DNA from: Kiritimatiellia bacterium
Lineage (GTDB): Bacteria; Verrucomicrobiota; Kiritimatiellia; CAIKKV01
Reading direction: 5' to 3'
Assembly (NCBI GenBank): GCA_046484345.1
Contig: JAWOJA010000063.1
Span: forward strand, 432 to 64,431
DNA length: 64,000 bases
The translations under genes and the position numbers were made by a program. The first letter of the stretch is position 1. Every line of letters starts with the position of its first letter. This document shows, in pieces, positions 47,962 to 57,897 of the stretch. The notes beneath the pieces were generated by a model that was given only the letters and a program-made list of their open reading frames with translations, was not told the origin of the DNA and ran no database searches.

Positions 47962-49143
47962 ATGAAACAGCCCGCCATTGAAGTCGTCGACGTCAGCAAG
48001 AAGTTCCTCCTTCAGAGGAGCGGCTCGCGCACGTTGAAGTCCGCCATGCTGGGGCTGTTCCGCCGGGCCCCGCTTCGCGAATTCTGGGCACTCAAGGATG
48101 TTTCTTTCCGGGTAGGGCAGGGGGAAACGCTCGGCATCATCGGGGCCAACGGCGCCGGGAAAAGCACGCTGCTCTCTCTCCTGGCCGGCACGCTCACGCC
48201 TACAAGCGGCTCCATCCGGGTCCAGGGCCGGGTTTCCTCGCTGCTGGAACTGGGCGCCGGTTTCCATCCGGAGCTGACCGGCCGCGAAAACGTTTTCCTC
48301 TGGGGCTCCATCATGGGGCTTTCCAAGGCCCGCATGAACGAGCGGTTCAACCGCATTGTGGATTTTGCCGAGCTGAGCGAGTATATCGACCAACCTGTGA
48401 AGCATTACTCGTCCGGCATGTACGTCCGCCTCGGCTTCGCCGTGGCGGTGGAAGTGGATCCCGACATTCTGCTCGTCGACGAGGTGCTGGCCGTGGGCGA
48501 TGTGGCGTTCCAGCAGAAATGCCTCGAGCGCATGGACGACTTCCGCAAGCGCGGCAAGACCATGCTCATCGTGTCGCACGACATGCGGACCATCCAGGCC
48601 ATCAGCAACCAGATCCTCTTCCTCAGCGCCGGCCGCGTGCTGGGGCACGGCACGCCCGACACCATGGTCAATCAATACGAATCCAATCTCCGCCAGCAGC
48701 ATGCCGAAGCGCTGAGCCGCGAGTGGGGGACCCGCGAAGTCGTGATTTCGAAAGTCACCATTTCGGGCGCCGACGGAGCGCCCCGGCATGACTTCCGCTG
48801 GGACGAGCCGGTTACGATCACGCTTGGTTACCGCGCTTCCGCGCGGATCGAGCAGCCCGTTTTTGGATTTGCCCTGACGGGCCCCGGTGGGCAGCGGCTT
48901 TATGGGAATAACACGCAGATTGAGGGATTGTCGATTCCCTCCATCGAGGGCGAAGGGCAAATTCGCCTCGTCCTGCCGCGGCTCCCCATCGCCACGGGGG
49001 CCTGCCTGTTCTCCTTTGCCGTCCATTCCGCCGACCACAAAACGAATTTCCACCGGCTCGACAACGCTTTCGAAATCCATGTCGAATCGCCTCTTCCCTT
49101 CGAAGGGGTTTACCTGCCCGTGCGCTGGGAAAGGCTTCCATGA
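47962..49143 (+). CDS. ABC transporter ATP-binding protein (Wzt/TagH-like) with a C-terminal substrate-binding beta-sandwich extension
   Basis: Walker A (GANGAGKST), the signature (YSSGMYVRL) and Walker B are present. It also has a C-terminal domain of about 150 aa, as in O-antigen Wzt. Confidence 0.85.
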   Translation: MKQPAIEVVDVSKKFLLQRSGSRTLKSAMLGLFRRAPLREFWALKDVSFRVGQGETLGIIGANGAGKSTLLSLLAGTLTPTSGSIRVQGRVSSLLELGAGFHPELTGRENVFLWGSIMGLSKARMNERFNRIVDFAELSEYIDQPVKHYSSGMYVRLGFAVAVEVDPDILLVDEVLAVGDVAFQQKCLERMDDFRKRGKTMLIVSHDMRTIQAISNQILFLSAGRVLGHGTPDTMVNQYESNLRQQHAEALSREWGTREVVISKVTISGADGAPRHDFRWDEPVTITLGYRASARIEQPVFGFALTGPGGQRLYGNNTQIEGLSIPSIEGEGQIRLVLPRLPIATGACLFSFAVHSADHKTNFHRLDNAFEIHVESPLPFEGVYLPVRWERLP

Positions 49144-50009
49144 CCCCTCTGCATCCCGCCCTGACCGACGATCCCGCCGTTCGAACCGTTATCCGCCGGG
49201 CGCTCCGTGAAGATATCGGTGCGGGCGACGCCACCACCCGGGCCCTGGTTCCGCCCCGCCTTCAGGCTACCGCGCAAATCCTGGCCCGTTCATCTTGCAT
49301 CGTATCAGGCGCCACGGTGGCCGCCGCCGTTTTCCGGGAGCTGGATCCGGGCGCCTCGTGCGACATCCTGATCCCCGACGGAACCCGCGCGGGAGCCGAT
49401 GAGGTGGTGATGACCATCGGCGGCAATGCGGGCAAGCTGCTGACGGCCGAGCGGACCGCCCTCAATTTCATGCAGCGGATGACCGGCATTGCCACGCTGA
49501 CGGCCCGTTATGTGGAGGCGGTGAAACCGCATAACGTGAAAATATTGGACACCCGCAAAACAACGCCCACGCTCCGCGTGTTCGAGAAATATGCCGTCCT
49601 GTGCGGCGGCGGGACGAATCACCGGATGGGTTTGTTTGACATGGTTTTGCTGAAGGACAATCACCGGTTCCTCTGGCGGCAGGGCGGCACCTTGGACCTG
49701 GCCGCCGCTGTGCGCCGCGTCCGCGAAACCCAGCCCGGACTCCCCATTGAGGTGGAGGTCGAAAATCGCGAGGATTTGCAGTCGGCCCTTTCCGAAATAC
49801 CGGACTGGATCATGCTCGACAACATGAATCTCGACGAGATACGCGAATGCGTGAGGCTCTGCGCGGGTCGGGTCAAGCTTGAAGCTTCAGGCGGCGTGAC
49901 CTTGGACCGCATTGCGGCGATCGCCGCCACCGGCGTGGATGCGATTTCGATTGGCGCCCTGACCCATTCCGCGCCGGCCGCCGATCTTTCGCTGGAGCTC
50001 TCGCCATGA
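49140..50009 (+). CDS. nadC: Nicotinate-nucleotide pyrophosphorylase (quinolinate phosphoribosyltransferase)
   Basis: It has the QPRTase fold with conserved motifs (…LDTRKTTP…; …GGGTNHRMGL…). Confidence 0.85.
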   Translation: MTPLHPALTDDPAVRTVIRRALREDIGAGDATTRALVPPRLQATAQILARSSCIVSGATVAAAVFRELDPGASCDILIPDGTRAGADEVVMTIGGNAGKLLTAERTALNFMQRMTGIATLTARYVEAVKPHNVKILDTRKTTPTLRVFEKYAVLCGGGTNHRMGLFDMVLLKDNHRFLWRQGGTLDLAAAVRRVRETQPGLPIEVEVENREDLQSALSEIPDWIMLDNMNLDEIRECVRLCAGRVKLEASGGVTLDRIAAIAATGVDAISIGALTHSAPAADLSLELSP

Positions 50010-50779
50010 AGGCACGCCCGCTTCGCCTGATCCTGGTTGACGCCGGCAACACCACCTGTTCCGTTGCCGTCACCGAAGGGCCGCGGGTGAAGCGTGCTGG
50101 ATTTTTGTTAACCGCCGAAGTGACGGCGGGAGCCGCCTTGAAATTCGTAAAAAGGCTGGCCGGAGCGTGCGGCTTTGACGGTGCCGTGCTCTGTTCCGTC
50201 GCTCCTCCCGTCAATCCGGCCTGGCTGAAAGCGCTTGCCGCCGTGAGCCGCACGGCGCCGTTGCGGGTCACCAGCCGGCTCGACTTCGGGATTGCCATCC
50301 GCTATCCCCGGCCGGATACGGTTGGCGCCGACCGGCTGGTCAACGCGTCCGCCGCGGCCGCCCGTTTTGGCGCACCGGTGGTGGCCCTGGATTTCGGCAC
50401 TGCCCTGACCTGCGACGTGGTGTCCAGCGACGGGGCCTTTGTGGGGGGCATTATCGCGCCGGGCATGCGGTTGCTGCTGGATTATTTGCATGAACGAACG
50501 GCGCTGCTTCCCGAGGTGCCTTTTGCGCCGGTTCGAAGGATGGTGGGGCGCAGCACGGCGGAGGCCATGCGGATTGGAGCCTGGGCCGGCTACCGCGGAC
50601 TGGTGCGCGAATTGATGGCCGGCTTGAAAGCCGAGTTGGGCGGGGGCATCCGGTTTTGCGCCACCGGCGGGGATGCGGCCCGGTTGAAATCGATCCTCGG
50701 CACGACCTGTCCAATCGTCCCGGACCTGACCTTTGACGGCATGCGCCTTGTGTTCGCATTGAATAAAACGGGAGGATGA
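50006..50779 (+). CDS. coaX: Type III pantothenate kinase
   Basis: It has the N-terminal ASKHA motif (LILVDAGNT) and a CoaX-family length. Confidence 0.8.
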   Translation: MKARPLRLILVDAGNTTCSVAVTEGPRVKRAGFLLTAEVTAGAALKFVKRLAGACGFDGAVLCSVAPPVNPAWLKALAAVSRTAPLRVTSRLDFGIAIRYPRPDTVGADRLVNASAAAARFGAPVVALDFGTALTCDVVSSDGAFVGGIIAPGMRLLLDYLHERTALLPEVPFAPVRRMVGRSTAEAMRIGAWAGYRGLVRELMAGLKAELGGGIRFCATGGDAARLKSILGTTCPIVPDLTFDGMRLVFALNKTGG

Positions 50780-50780
50780 A

Positions 50781-51872
50781 ATGGCCACGAACCGATATGC
50801 AGTGATCATGTCCGGCGGGAGAGGGGAGCGGTTCTGGCCGCTCAGCACCATCCGCAAACCCAAGCAGCTGCTTTCGCTCATCGGCAACAAACCCCTGCTC
50901 GCGGCCGCAGTGGATCGTCTCGAAGGGTTCATTCCCCGGGACCGCATTTTCATCGTCACAAGCCGGGAGCTGGCCGGCCCCACGCGCGAGATCCTGCCGG
51001 ATTTTCCCGCAGCCCAAATCGTGGGTGAGCCCTGCCGGCGAGATACGGCCGCCGCCGTGGCGCTCGGGTCCAGCCTCGTTGCCCTGCGCGATCCCGACGC
51101 ATCCTTCTGCGTCCTGACCGCCGACCAGGTGATCCCGGATACGGAACGCTTCCAGGCCGCCTTGAAGCGCTGCTTTGAGCTCGCCGAGGCCGACGAGGCC
51201 CTCGTCACCCTGGGCATCAACCCCGCGTTCGCCAGCACCGGCTTCGGTTACATTGAAGCGGGCGAGCCGCTGCCCGGAACCGCGGGAAGCGCGCCCGCCT
51301 TCAAGGCGGTGCGGTTCGTTGAAAAACCCGATGCCCAAAAGGCCGCCGAGTACGTCAAGAGCGGCCGGTATTATTGGAACTCGGGCATGTTCTTCTGGAA
51401 GGTGGGCACCATCCAAAAGGCCTTCCGCCGCTATTGCCCGCCCTTGGGCGCCCTTTGCGAGGAGCTCGGGCGCTGCCCCGATGCCGCCGCGCTGATGGCC
51501 CGCCTGGACACCGCGTACGCCCCGCTTGAGCGGATTTCCATCGATTATGCCGTCATGGAAAAAGCTTCGCCCATCGTCGTGGTCAAGGGCGACTTCGGGT
51601 GGGACGACGTGGGCTCCTGGCCCGCCCTGGCCAATCATTTCGAGAAGGACGCCGCGGGCAATGTCGCCATCGGCCCGCACTTGGAACTCGACGCCACGGA
51701 CAACATCAGCGTGTCGCCGGACGGACGCCTGACGGTGCTGCTGGGCGTGTCGGACCTGATTGTGGTACAGGCGCCGAATGTCACCCTGGTTTGCCATCGT
51801 GATCGCGCCCAGGACGTGAAGAAAATCGTGCAGTTGCTGGAAAAACAAGGCAACAGCCAACACCTGTTGTAA
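50781..51872 (+). CDS. Mannose-1-phosphate guanylyltransferase (nucleotidyltransferase domain only, no C-terminal PMI cupin)
   Basis: It has the NTP-transferase N-terminus (AVIMSGGRGERFWPLS). Confidence 0.75.
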   Translation: MATNRYAVIMSGGRGERFWPLSTIRKPKQLLSLIGNKPLLAAAVDRLEGFIPRDRIFIVTSRELAGPTREILPDFPAAQIVGEPCRRDTAAAVALGSSLVALRDPDASFCVLTADQVIPDTERFQAALKRCFELAEADEALVTLGINPAFASTGFGYIEAGEPLPGTAGSAPAFKAVRFVEKPDAQKAAEYVKSGRYYWNSGMFFWKVGTIQKAFRRYCPPLGALCEELGRCPDAAALMARLDTAYAPLERISIDYAVMEKASPIVVVKGDFGWDDVGSWPALANHFEKDAAGNVAIGPHLELDATDNISVSPDGRLTVLLGVSDLIVVQAPNVTLVCHRDRAQDVKKIVQLLEKQGNSQHLL

Positions 51873-51885
51873 AGAGGGGCTCCGT

Positions 51886-52308
51886 ATGGCGCGCCGAATG
51901 GGAATCGACTTTGGGATCAAGCGCATGGGCGTGGCCGTCTGCGACCCGGCCGAAATGTTCGCCACGCCGTTGTGCGTGGTGCCGGTGCGCGGCGATGACC
52001 ACGCCGCCCGCGAGGTGAAGCGGCTGGTTGATGAAACTGGCGCCGAATCCATCGTGATCGGCCTGCCGGTCAACATGAACGGAACCCTGGGCCCGATGGC
52101 CGAACGAGTCAAGGCGTTTGCCGAGAAAGTGCGGACGCTGACAGGGCTGGCGGTGAACCTGTATGACGAACGTCTGACGAGCGCCATGGCCGAGCGGACG
52201 CTGATTGAAGCGGATGTGCGGCGGGAAAAGCGAAAAAACATTGTCGACATGCTGGCCGCCCAGAGTATTTTGCAATCCTACATGGACTCGCTGCAAAACA
52301 AGCCATGA
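51886..52308 (+). CDS. ruvX: Holliday-junction-resolvase-like nuclease RuvX/YqgF
   Basis: MGIDFGIKRMGVAVCD… is the YqgF RNase H-like fold. Confidence 0.85.
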   Translation: MARRMGIDFGIKRMGVAVCDPAEMFATPLCVVPVRGDDHAAREVKRLVDETGAESIVIGLPVNMNGTLGPMAERVKAFAEKVRTLTGLAVNLYDERLTSAMAERTLIEADVRREKRKNIVDMLAAQSILQSYMDSLQNKP

Positions 52309-53039
52309 GATACCGGATCACCGTGGCCTATGACGGAACCGCCTATGGCGGCTGGCAGGTTCAGCCGGGCGTCATGACCATCCAGGAGCGCCTCGAGGAG
52401 GTCCTGGAAAAGCTGAGCGGCTCCCGGCCCAAAGTGCACGGCAGCGGCCGGACCGACCAGGGGGTGCATGCGGTGGGGCAGGTGGCCCATTTCGACCTCG
52501 ACGTGACATGGAAGCCCGCCTCCCTGCAGAAGGGGTTGAACGCCCTTCTTCCGCCGGACATCCGGATCAGCGCCTGCGCTGAAACGCATTCCGACTTCCA
52601 TGCCCGGCGCTCGGCGGCCTGGAAGGAGTATCGCTATTTCATCTGGAATGGTCCGGTTCTGCCGCCCCATTTGCGCCTTTACCGGGCGCACGTGTTGCGC
52701 CCCCTGAACGCGGAACTCATGCAAAAGGCCGCCGACCACCTCGTGGGGCGCCATGATTTTTCAGCCTTTACCGCCAATCCCAACCGCGTTGTGGAAAGCG
52801 CCGTCCGCGAGGTCACCCGGTTGGATGTGCGAAAAAAGGGTTCGGACCTGGTCCTTGTGGTCCGGGGCGAAGGCTTTCTCTACAAAATGGTCAGGAGCAT
52901 CGCGGGCATCCTCATTCGAGTCGGGGAGGGGGCAACACCGCCCGCCGACCTGGTGTCCATCCGCGACTCGAGAATACGCACGGCCCGGGTCCCGACCGCC
53001 CCGCCCCAGGGTCTTTTTCTCTGGCATGTCGGCTATTGA
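52305..53039 (+). CDS. truA: tRNA pseudouridine(38-40) synthase
   Basis: It has the TruA N-terminus (ITVAYDGTAYGGWQVQP) and the catalytic Asp region (GSGRTDQGVHA). Confidence 0.85.
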   Translation: MRYRITVAYDGTAYGGWQVQPGVMTIQERLEEVLEKLSGSRPKVHGSGRTDQGVHAVGQVAHFDLDVTWKPASLQKGLNALLPPDIRISACAETHSDFHARRSAAWKEYRYFIWNGPVLPPHLRLYRAHVLRPLNAELMQKAADHLVGRHDFSAFTANPNRVVESAVREVTRLDVRKKGSDLVLVVRGEGFLYKMVRSIAGILIRVGEGATPPADLVSIRDSRIRTARVPTAPPQGLFLWHVGY

Positions 53040-53060
53040 AGTGGTATTCTAAAGGGCTTT

Positions 53061-53807
53061 ATGCAGGATATTCCGTCAACACTTGATATTCGTCAACCCG
53101 GCCGCCGGGCCGGCATCCGGATTATGCCCTCGCTGCTGGCCGCGGATTTCGGTTATCTGGCCGATGGTTGCCGCCGGGCGGCCGAATCGGGCGGCGACTC
53201 CGTGCACATCGACATCATGGACGCCCACTTTGTGCCCAACCTCAGCATGGGGCCCGATGTGGTGAAGATGGCCCGCCGGACCGTCGCCATCGAGCTGCAC
53301 GTCCACCTGATGATGGCGAGGCCCGATCTATACCTCAAACGGTTCATCGAAGCCGGCTCCGACACGCTGCTGATCCACATCGAAGCGGATTGCGACGTGC
53401 GGGCCGCCCTCCAGGAGATCCGCGCCCTGGGTGTCCGGCCCGGCATCACGCTGAATCCCGACACCCCCGCCGAGAGCGTGTTCCCCGTTCTGGACCTGGT
53501 GGACGATGTGCTCTGCATGACCGTGCATCCCGGCTACGGCGGCCAGAAGTTCATGGAATCCGTGATGCCGAAAATGCGGACGCTTTACGACTACGGCCGC
53601 ACGCGCAAACTGGATTATGACATTTCCGTGGACGGGGGCATCGACCTGCGCACGGTGCCGGTAGCCGCCGCGCACGGCGCCAGCCTGTTTGTGGCCGGAA
53701 CTTCTTTGTATACGGCTCCGGACATGAAGACGGCCATCGCCGCCATGCGCCAGGCCGCCATCCAGGCTCATCCGGAAACAGCCGATTTTACCCGGAAAGG
53801 GATTTAA
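53061..53807 (+). CDS. rpe: Ribulose-phosphate 3-epimerase. The start could be the internal Met at 53124.
   Basis: It has the Rpe TIM barrel (PSLLAADF…HIDIMDAHFVPNLS…). Confidence 0.85.
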   Translation: MQDIPSTLDIRQPGRRAGIRIMPSLLAADFGYLADGCRRAAESGGDSVHIDIMDAHFVPNLSMGPDVVKMARRTVAIELHVHLMMARPDLYLKRFIEAGSDTLLIHIEADCDVRAALQEIRALGVRPGITLNPDTPAESVFPVLDLVDDVLCMTVHPGYGGQKFMESVMPKMRTLYDYGRTRKLDYDISVDGGIDLRTVPVAAAHGASLFVAGTSLYTAPDMKTAIAAMRQAAIQAHPETADFTRKGI

Positions 53808-53813
53808 CGCTCC

Positions 53814-55619
53814 ATGGCCCGCGACCTGAATCTTGTCCGAAACTTCTGCATCATTGCCCATATCGATCACGGAAAATCCACCCTGGCCGACCGGATGCTC
53901 CAAATGACCGGCACCATTCAGGACCGGGACATGAAGGAGCAGCTGCTGGACGCCATGGACCTGGAGCGCGAGCGCGGCATCACGATCAAGTCCCATCCCG
54001 TGACCATGTATTACAAGGCGCCGGACGGCAACACGTATGAGCTGAACCTGATCGACACGCCCGGACACGTGGACTTCACCTATGAAGTCTCCCGCAGCAT
54101 GGCCGCCTGCGAAGGCGCGGTCCTGCTGATCGACGCCACCCAGGGGGTCGAAGCCCAGACCGTGGCCAATGCGTACCTCGCCATCGACAACAACCTGGAA
54201 ATCATTCCGGTGCTGAACAAGGTCGACATGGCCACCGCCAAGGTCGACGAGGTGGCCAAGCAGGTCGAGGACATTCTGTCGCTGAGCATGGATGGGGCCC
54301 CCCGCATCAGCGCCAAGACGGGGTACAATGTGCCCGACGTCATGGCCCAGGTTCTCGCCCGCGTGCCGCCGCCCAAGACGCGGGAAGGCGCGCCTCTTCG
54401 TGCCCTGATTTTCGACTCCAACTACGATCCCTTCCGCGGCGTCATCCCGTATGTGCGCGTCGTGGACGGCCGCATCAAGGCCGGCGACAAGATCCGGCTC
54501 ATGAAGAGCGGCTTGCAGACGGATGTCAAGGAAGTCGGCGTTTTCCGGCCCAAGCCCATGCCCACGGCCTCCCTCGAAGCGGGGCAGGTGGGTTACATAA
54601 TCGGGACAATCAAGGAGGCCGAGGAGGTCAAGACAGGCGACACCATCACGGACGCCGTCAAGCCTTCCAAGGAGCCGCTGCCGGGTTTCCGCGAAGTCCA
54701 TCCCATGGTCTTCAGCGGCATCTATCCCGTGGATACGGCCGAGCTGGAAAAACTGAAGCACAGCCTGGAGAAGCTGAAGCTGAACGACAGCTCGCTGGTC
54801 TACCAGGCCGAATCCTCCGTGGCCCTGGGCTTCGGGTTCCGCTGCGGATTTCTGGGCCTGCTGCACCTGGAAATCGTCCAGGAGCGCCTGCGCCGCGAGT
54901 TTGACATGGACATCATCAGCACCTATCCGTCCGTGATCTACCGGCTTTACCTGAAGAACGGCGAGGTCTTGGAGATCGACAATCCCCATCACATGCCCGA
55001 TCCCACGCAGATCGACCGGATGGAAGAGCCCATGATCCGGGCCTTCATTATCTGCCGCAACGAGAATATTGGGGACATCATCCGCATCTGCCGCGAACGG
55101 CGGGGCGATGTGGTCAAGACCGAATCGCTGGACACGACCCGGATCATGATCACGGCGCAACTGCCGCTGAACGAGATCCTGGTCGATTTCCACGACGCCT
55201 TGAAGAATGTCAGCAAAGGCTACGCCTCCATGGATTACGAGCACAGCGGCTATCAGGAAGCCGACCTAGTCAAGCTGGACATCCTTCTCAACAGCGAGCC
55301 CGTGGACGCTTTTTCGGCCATCGTCCACCGCACCAAGGCCGTCTACCGGGGCCGGCAGATGTGCGAAGCGCTGAAGGAAGTGATTCCCTCGCATCAGTTC
55401 GCGGTGCCCGTCCAGGCGGCGATCAACAAGACGATTATTGCCCGTGAAACCATCAAAGCCATGCGCAAAGATGTGACGGCCAAGTGCTACGGCGGCGACA
55501 TTTCACGCAAACGCAAGCTGCTGGAGCGCCAGAAGGAAGGCAAGAAGAAGATGAAACAGATCGGCAGCGTCAACGTGCCGCAGGAAGCCTTCATCTCCGT
55601 TCTGAAAACAAGTTTTTAA
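53814..55619 (+). CDS. lepA: Elongation factor 4
   Basis: It has a GTPase G1 motif (AHIDHGKST) and the LepA-specific C-terminal domain. Confidence 0.9.
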   Translation: MARDLNLVRNFCIIAHIDHGKSTLADRMLQMTGTIQDRDMKEQLLDAMDLERERGITIKSHPVTMYYKAPDGNTYELNLIDTPGHVDFTYEVSRSMAACEGAVLLIDATQGVEAQTVANAYLAIDNNLEIIPVLNKVDMATAKVDEVAKQVEDILSLSMDGAPRISAKTGYNVPDVMAQVLARVPPPKTREGAPLRALIFDSNYDPFRGVIPYVRVVDGRIKAGDKIRLMKSGLQTDVKEVGVFRPKPMPTASLEAGQVGYIIGTIKEAEEVKTGDTITDAVKPSKEPLPGFREVHPMVFSGIYPVDTAELEKLKHSLEKLKLNDSSLVYQAESSVALGFGFRCGFLGLLHLEIVQERLRREFDMDIISTYPSVIYRLYLKNGEVLEIDNPHHMPDPTQIDRMEEPMIRAFIICRNENIGDIIRICRERRGDVVKTESLDTTRIMITAQLPLNEILVDFHDALKNVSKGYASMDYEHSGYQEADLVKLDILLNSEPVDAFSAIVHRTKAVYRGRQMCEALKEVIPSHQFAVPVQAAINKTIIARETIKAMRKDVTAKCYGGDISRKRKLLERQKEGKKKMKQIGSVNVPQEAFISVLKTSF

Positions 55620-55633
55620 GGGTGGGGAAAGCC

Positions 55634-56734
55634 ATGCGATTTTTCGAACGGCGGCGCTTGCGGAAAAAAGCCGAGCATCTTCTGTCCGGTTCGCGCTTGG
55701 CCCGCAACATGCGGGAGGACCTGGCGGATCCCGCGGATTTGGAAAAACTGACACGGGCGGAGTCGGAGCTCAAAGCGGCCGCCAGTGCCGGGGATGCCGC
55801 GGCCCTGGAACGGGCGGCCGAAAAACTGAATGAGGCGGCACGGGCTGTTTATCCGGCACCCACACATCCCGTCGTGCGCGAATGGGTTGAGCTGATTATC
55901 GTGGCCCTGGCCGTGGCCATGGGCTTCCGGACCTACCTTTTACAGCCGTTCAAAATTCCCACGGGCTCCATGCAACCGTCCCTTTACGGCATTCATTACA
56001 AGCCGGACGCGGCGCCGGCGATGTTTCGCACGTTTTTGCCTTTGCGGCTGCTGCGCCAGGCGGTTGCCGGCGAAATGCCTTTCGAAGTCCGGGCCACGAA
56101 CGGAGGCCGGATTTTCTCGGACCCCCGTGTGCCGGAACGATCTCCGGAGACGGTCTGGCATATTGGCAACCAGACGTACATGCTTTCAAAGAACCTGACG
56201 TTTCATGCGAAGCCCGGTGAAACGGTTGTGCGGGGCCAGTTACTGGTCTCCGGCGTCAAAGTGGCCGGCGACCATCTTTTCGTCAACCGGATGGCCTGGA
56301 ATTTCCGAAGACCCAGGGTGGGGGAAGTCATGGTATTCTCCACGGCGGAGATGGATCCCGCGCAACTCACGCCCGACACCCACTATATCAAGCGGCTGGC
56401 CGGGCGCCCCGGCGACAAGCTGAGAATCGATTCTCCGATGCTTTACGTCAATGACGAGGCGATGGACCGGAATCCGGGGTTGAAAAAGGTGGTCACCTGC
56501 CAGCCGGGTTATTCCTACGGGTATCAGAATGGCAAGCTTTTGCCGGACGTCCGTTTTCTCAAGTCGTCGGACGATGTCTATGAAGTGCCCGGCGAGCACT
56601 ATTTCGGGCTGGGCGATAACACCATGAACAGCCGGGACAGCCGTTATTTCGGTCCCATTCCGCGGGAGAAGCTGATGGGCCCCGCCTTGTTTGTCTATTG
56701 GCCGCTCAGCGTGCGCTGGGGCCTTATTCATTGA
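55634..56734 (+). CDS. lepB: Signal peptidase I
   Basis: It has a TM anchor, the Ser box (IPTGSMQPSL), the Lys box (GDHLFVNRMA) and the GDNTMNSRDSRYFG box. Confidence 0.85.
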   Translation: MRFFERRRLRKKAEHLLSGSRLARNMREDLADPADLEKLTRAESELKAAASAGDAAALERAAEKLNEAARAVYPAPTHPVVREWVELIIVALAVAMGFRTYLLQPFKIPTGSMQPSLYGIHYKPDAAPAMFRTFLPLRLLRQAVAGEMPFEVRATNGGRIFSDPRVPERSPETVWHIGNQTYMLSKNLTFHAKPGETVVRGQLLVSGVKVAGDHLFVNRMAWNFRRPRVGEVMVFSTAEMDPAQLTPDTHYIKRLAGRPGDKLRIDSPMLYVNDEAMDRNPGLKKVVTCQPGYSYGYQNGKLLPDVRFLKSSDDVYEVPGEHYFGLGDNTMNSRDSRYFGPIPREKLMGPALFVYWPLSVRWGLIH

Positions 56735-56933
56735 TCGTTTGATGACGATCTGTTCATATCTTGTTCACCCTCCCATTCGCCGACTTGATTCAGCAGGTTA
56801 TTAACACCAGACGCAAACCGTTGCAATCCAATTACTTGCGCTATCAACAACCACTAACGTCGCATAATATATCTTATGTCAACTAGGGGGTAGGGGGCGG
56901 AGGCTTTGGATGGCTGGGGATCAAATTTGACTC

Positions 56934-57878
56934 TCAGCGAAGCTCGTAGACCAGTTTGTCCGGTTGGCCGCCCCGTTCAATCTCAAGCACCGCCACGTTC
57001 AGCTCCTGGTTGCCAAAATCCCGGATGAACCCCTCCGCAACCCGCCGATTCATCAGCGGCATGGAATTGACTTTCCTGATCACGTCGCCTTCCTGCAGGC
57101 CCACGTCCTTGAAAAACTCTTTTTCCCCCTCGGGCACCAGGACATAGCCGTCGATCTTCCGATCGGCGTTGTACATCGGCTTCAGGGAATCAAACAGCGC
57201 CACCAGCCGGTCCGCATCTTCCAGCACCGCATTGTAATAGTCCAAAACCTTGCGCCTCTCGAATATCCAGCGGTTTCCCTCAACCTGAATGCCAAACGGC
57301 ACCCGGTTCAACACCGTATACCCCGCTTCATCCTCCGCCACGCCATTGGTGCCCGCCGGCCCGCCAGCCGACCCGTTATCGGAAAATTGCAGCGTCAACA
57401 CGCAAACCACATCGTGCCGAACCAACTCCACCCGGCTTTCGCCAATCTCCCGGACCAGGATGTCGTCGTCAAGCCGCTCGCCGGTCGCCACGATAATCGC
57501 TTCATGGTTCCGGTTGGCATCGTCCAAAACCGCCTTGTGAAGGCCGCCCTCCAGACCCACGACGCGAAACGTGCCGGATAAGCGGAACCGGTTCGATAAC
57601 GATCCCGAAACCTCGCGGACGGCTTCGGCGTTCATCCGGAATACCGTCCAGCCTTCCATCGGAAGAGAAACCCGGCCCCCAGGGCCAGCCGGCTCGGTCG
57701 CGGCCTCGGGAACGGCCGCCGCATCGGGGGCTCCGATCCGGGGCAATTGCCGGATCGACCGGTAAACAAGGAACCCAGCCGCCGCCAGGACGGCCGCGGA
57801 AACAACAACGGCCCGACCGACTGGCGGGCGAAGAAAAAAGTGTCGAGGGGTAAGGGCCATAAGCCGGATTCTGTTCAC
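56934..57878 (-). CDS. PDZ-domain membrane protein, possibly a type II secretion GspC-like component
   Basis: It has an N-terminal TM segment and a C-terminal PDZ-like segment (GLQEGDVIRKVNSMPL…). The domain architecture resembles GspC; this is a weak call. Confidence 0.4.
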   Translation of the reverse strand: MNRIRLMALTPRHFFLRPPVGRAVVVSAAVLAAAGFLVYRSIRQLPRIGAPDAAAVPEAATEPAGPGGRVSLPMEGWTVFRMNAEAVREVSGSLSNRFRLSGTFRVVGLEGGLHKAVLDDANRNHEAIIVATGERLDDDILVREIGESRVELVRHDVVCVLTLQFSDNGSAGGPAGTNGVAEDEAGYTVLNRVPFGIQVEGNRWIFERRKVLDYYNAVLEDADRLVALFDSLKPMYNADRKIDGYVLVPEGEKEFFKDVGLQEGDVIRKVNSMPLMNRRVAEGFIRDFGNQELNVAVLEIERGGQPDKLVYELR

Positions 57879-57897
57879 GTTTCCGTGTCGGTCATTT

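Noticed and set aside
47728-55244. Long minus-strand ORFs antisense to wzt, coaX/manC/ruvX and lepA (450, 376, 599, 638 aa)
   Set aside because: They are antisense to canonical genes, have no recognisable domains, and their composition is typical of GC-rich antisense frames.
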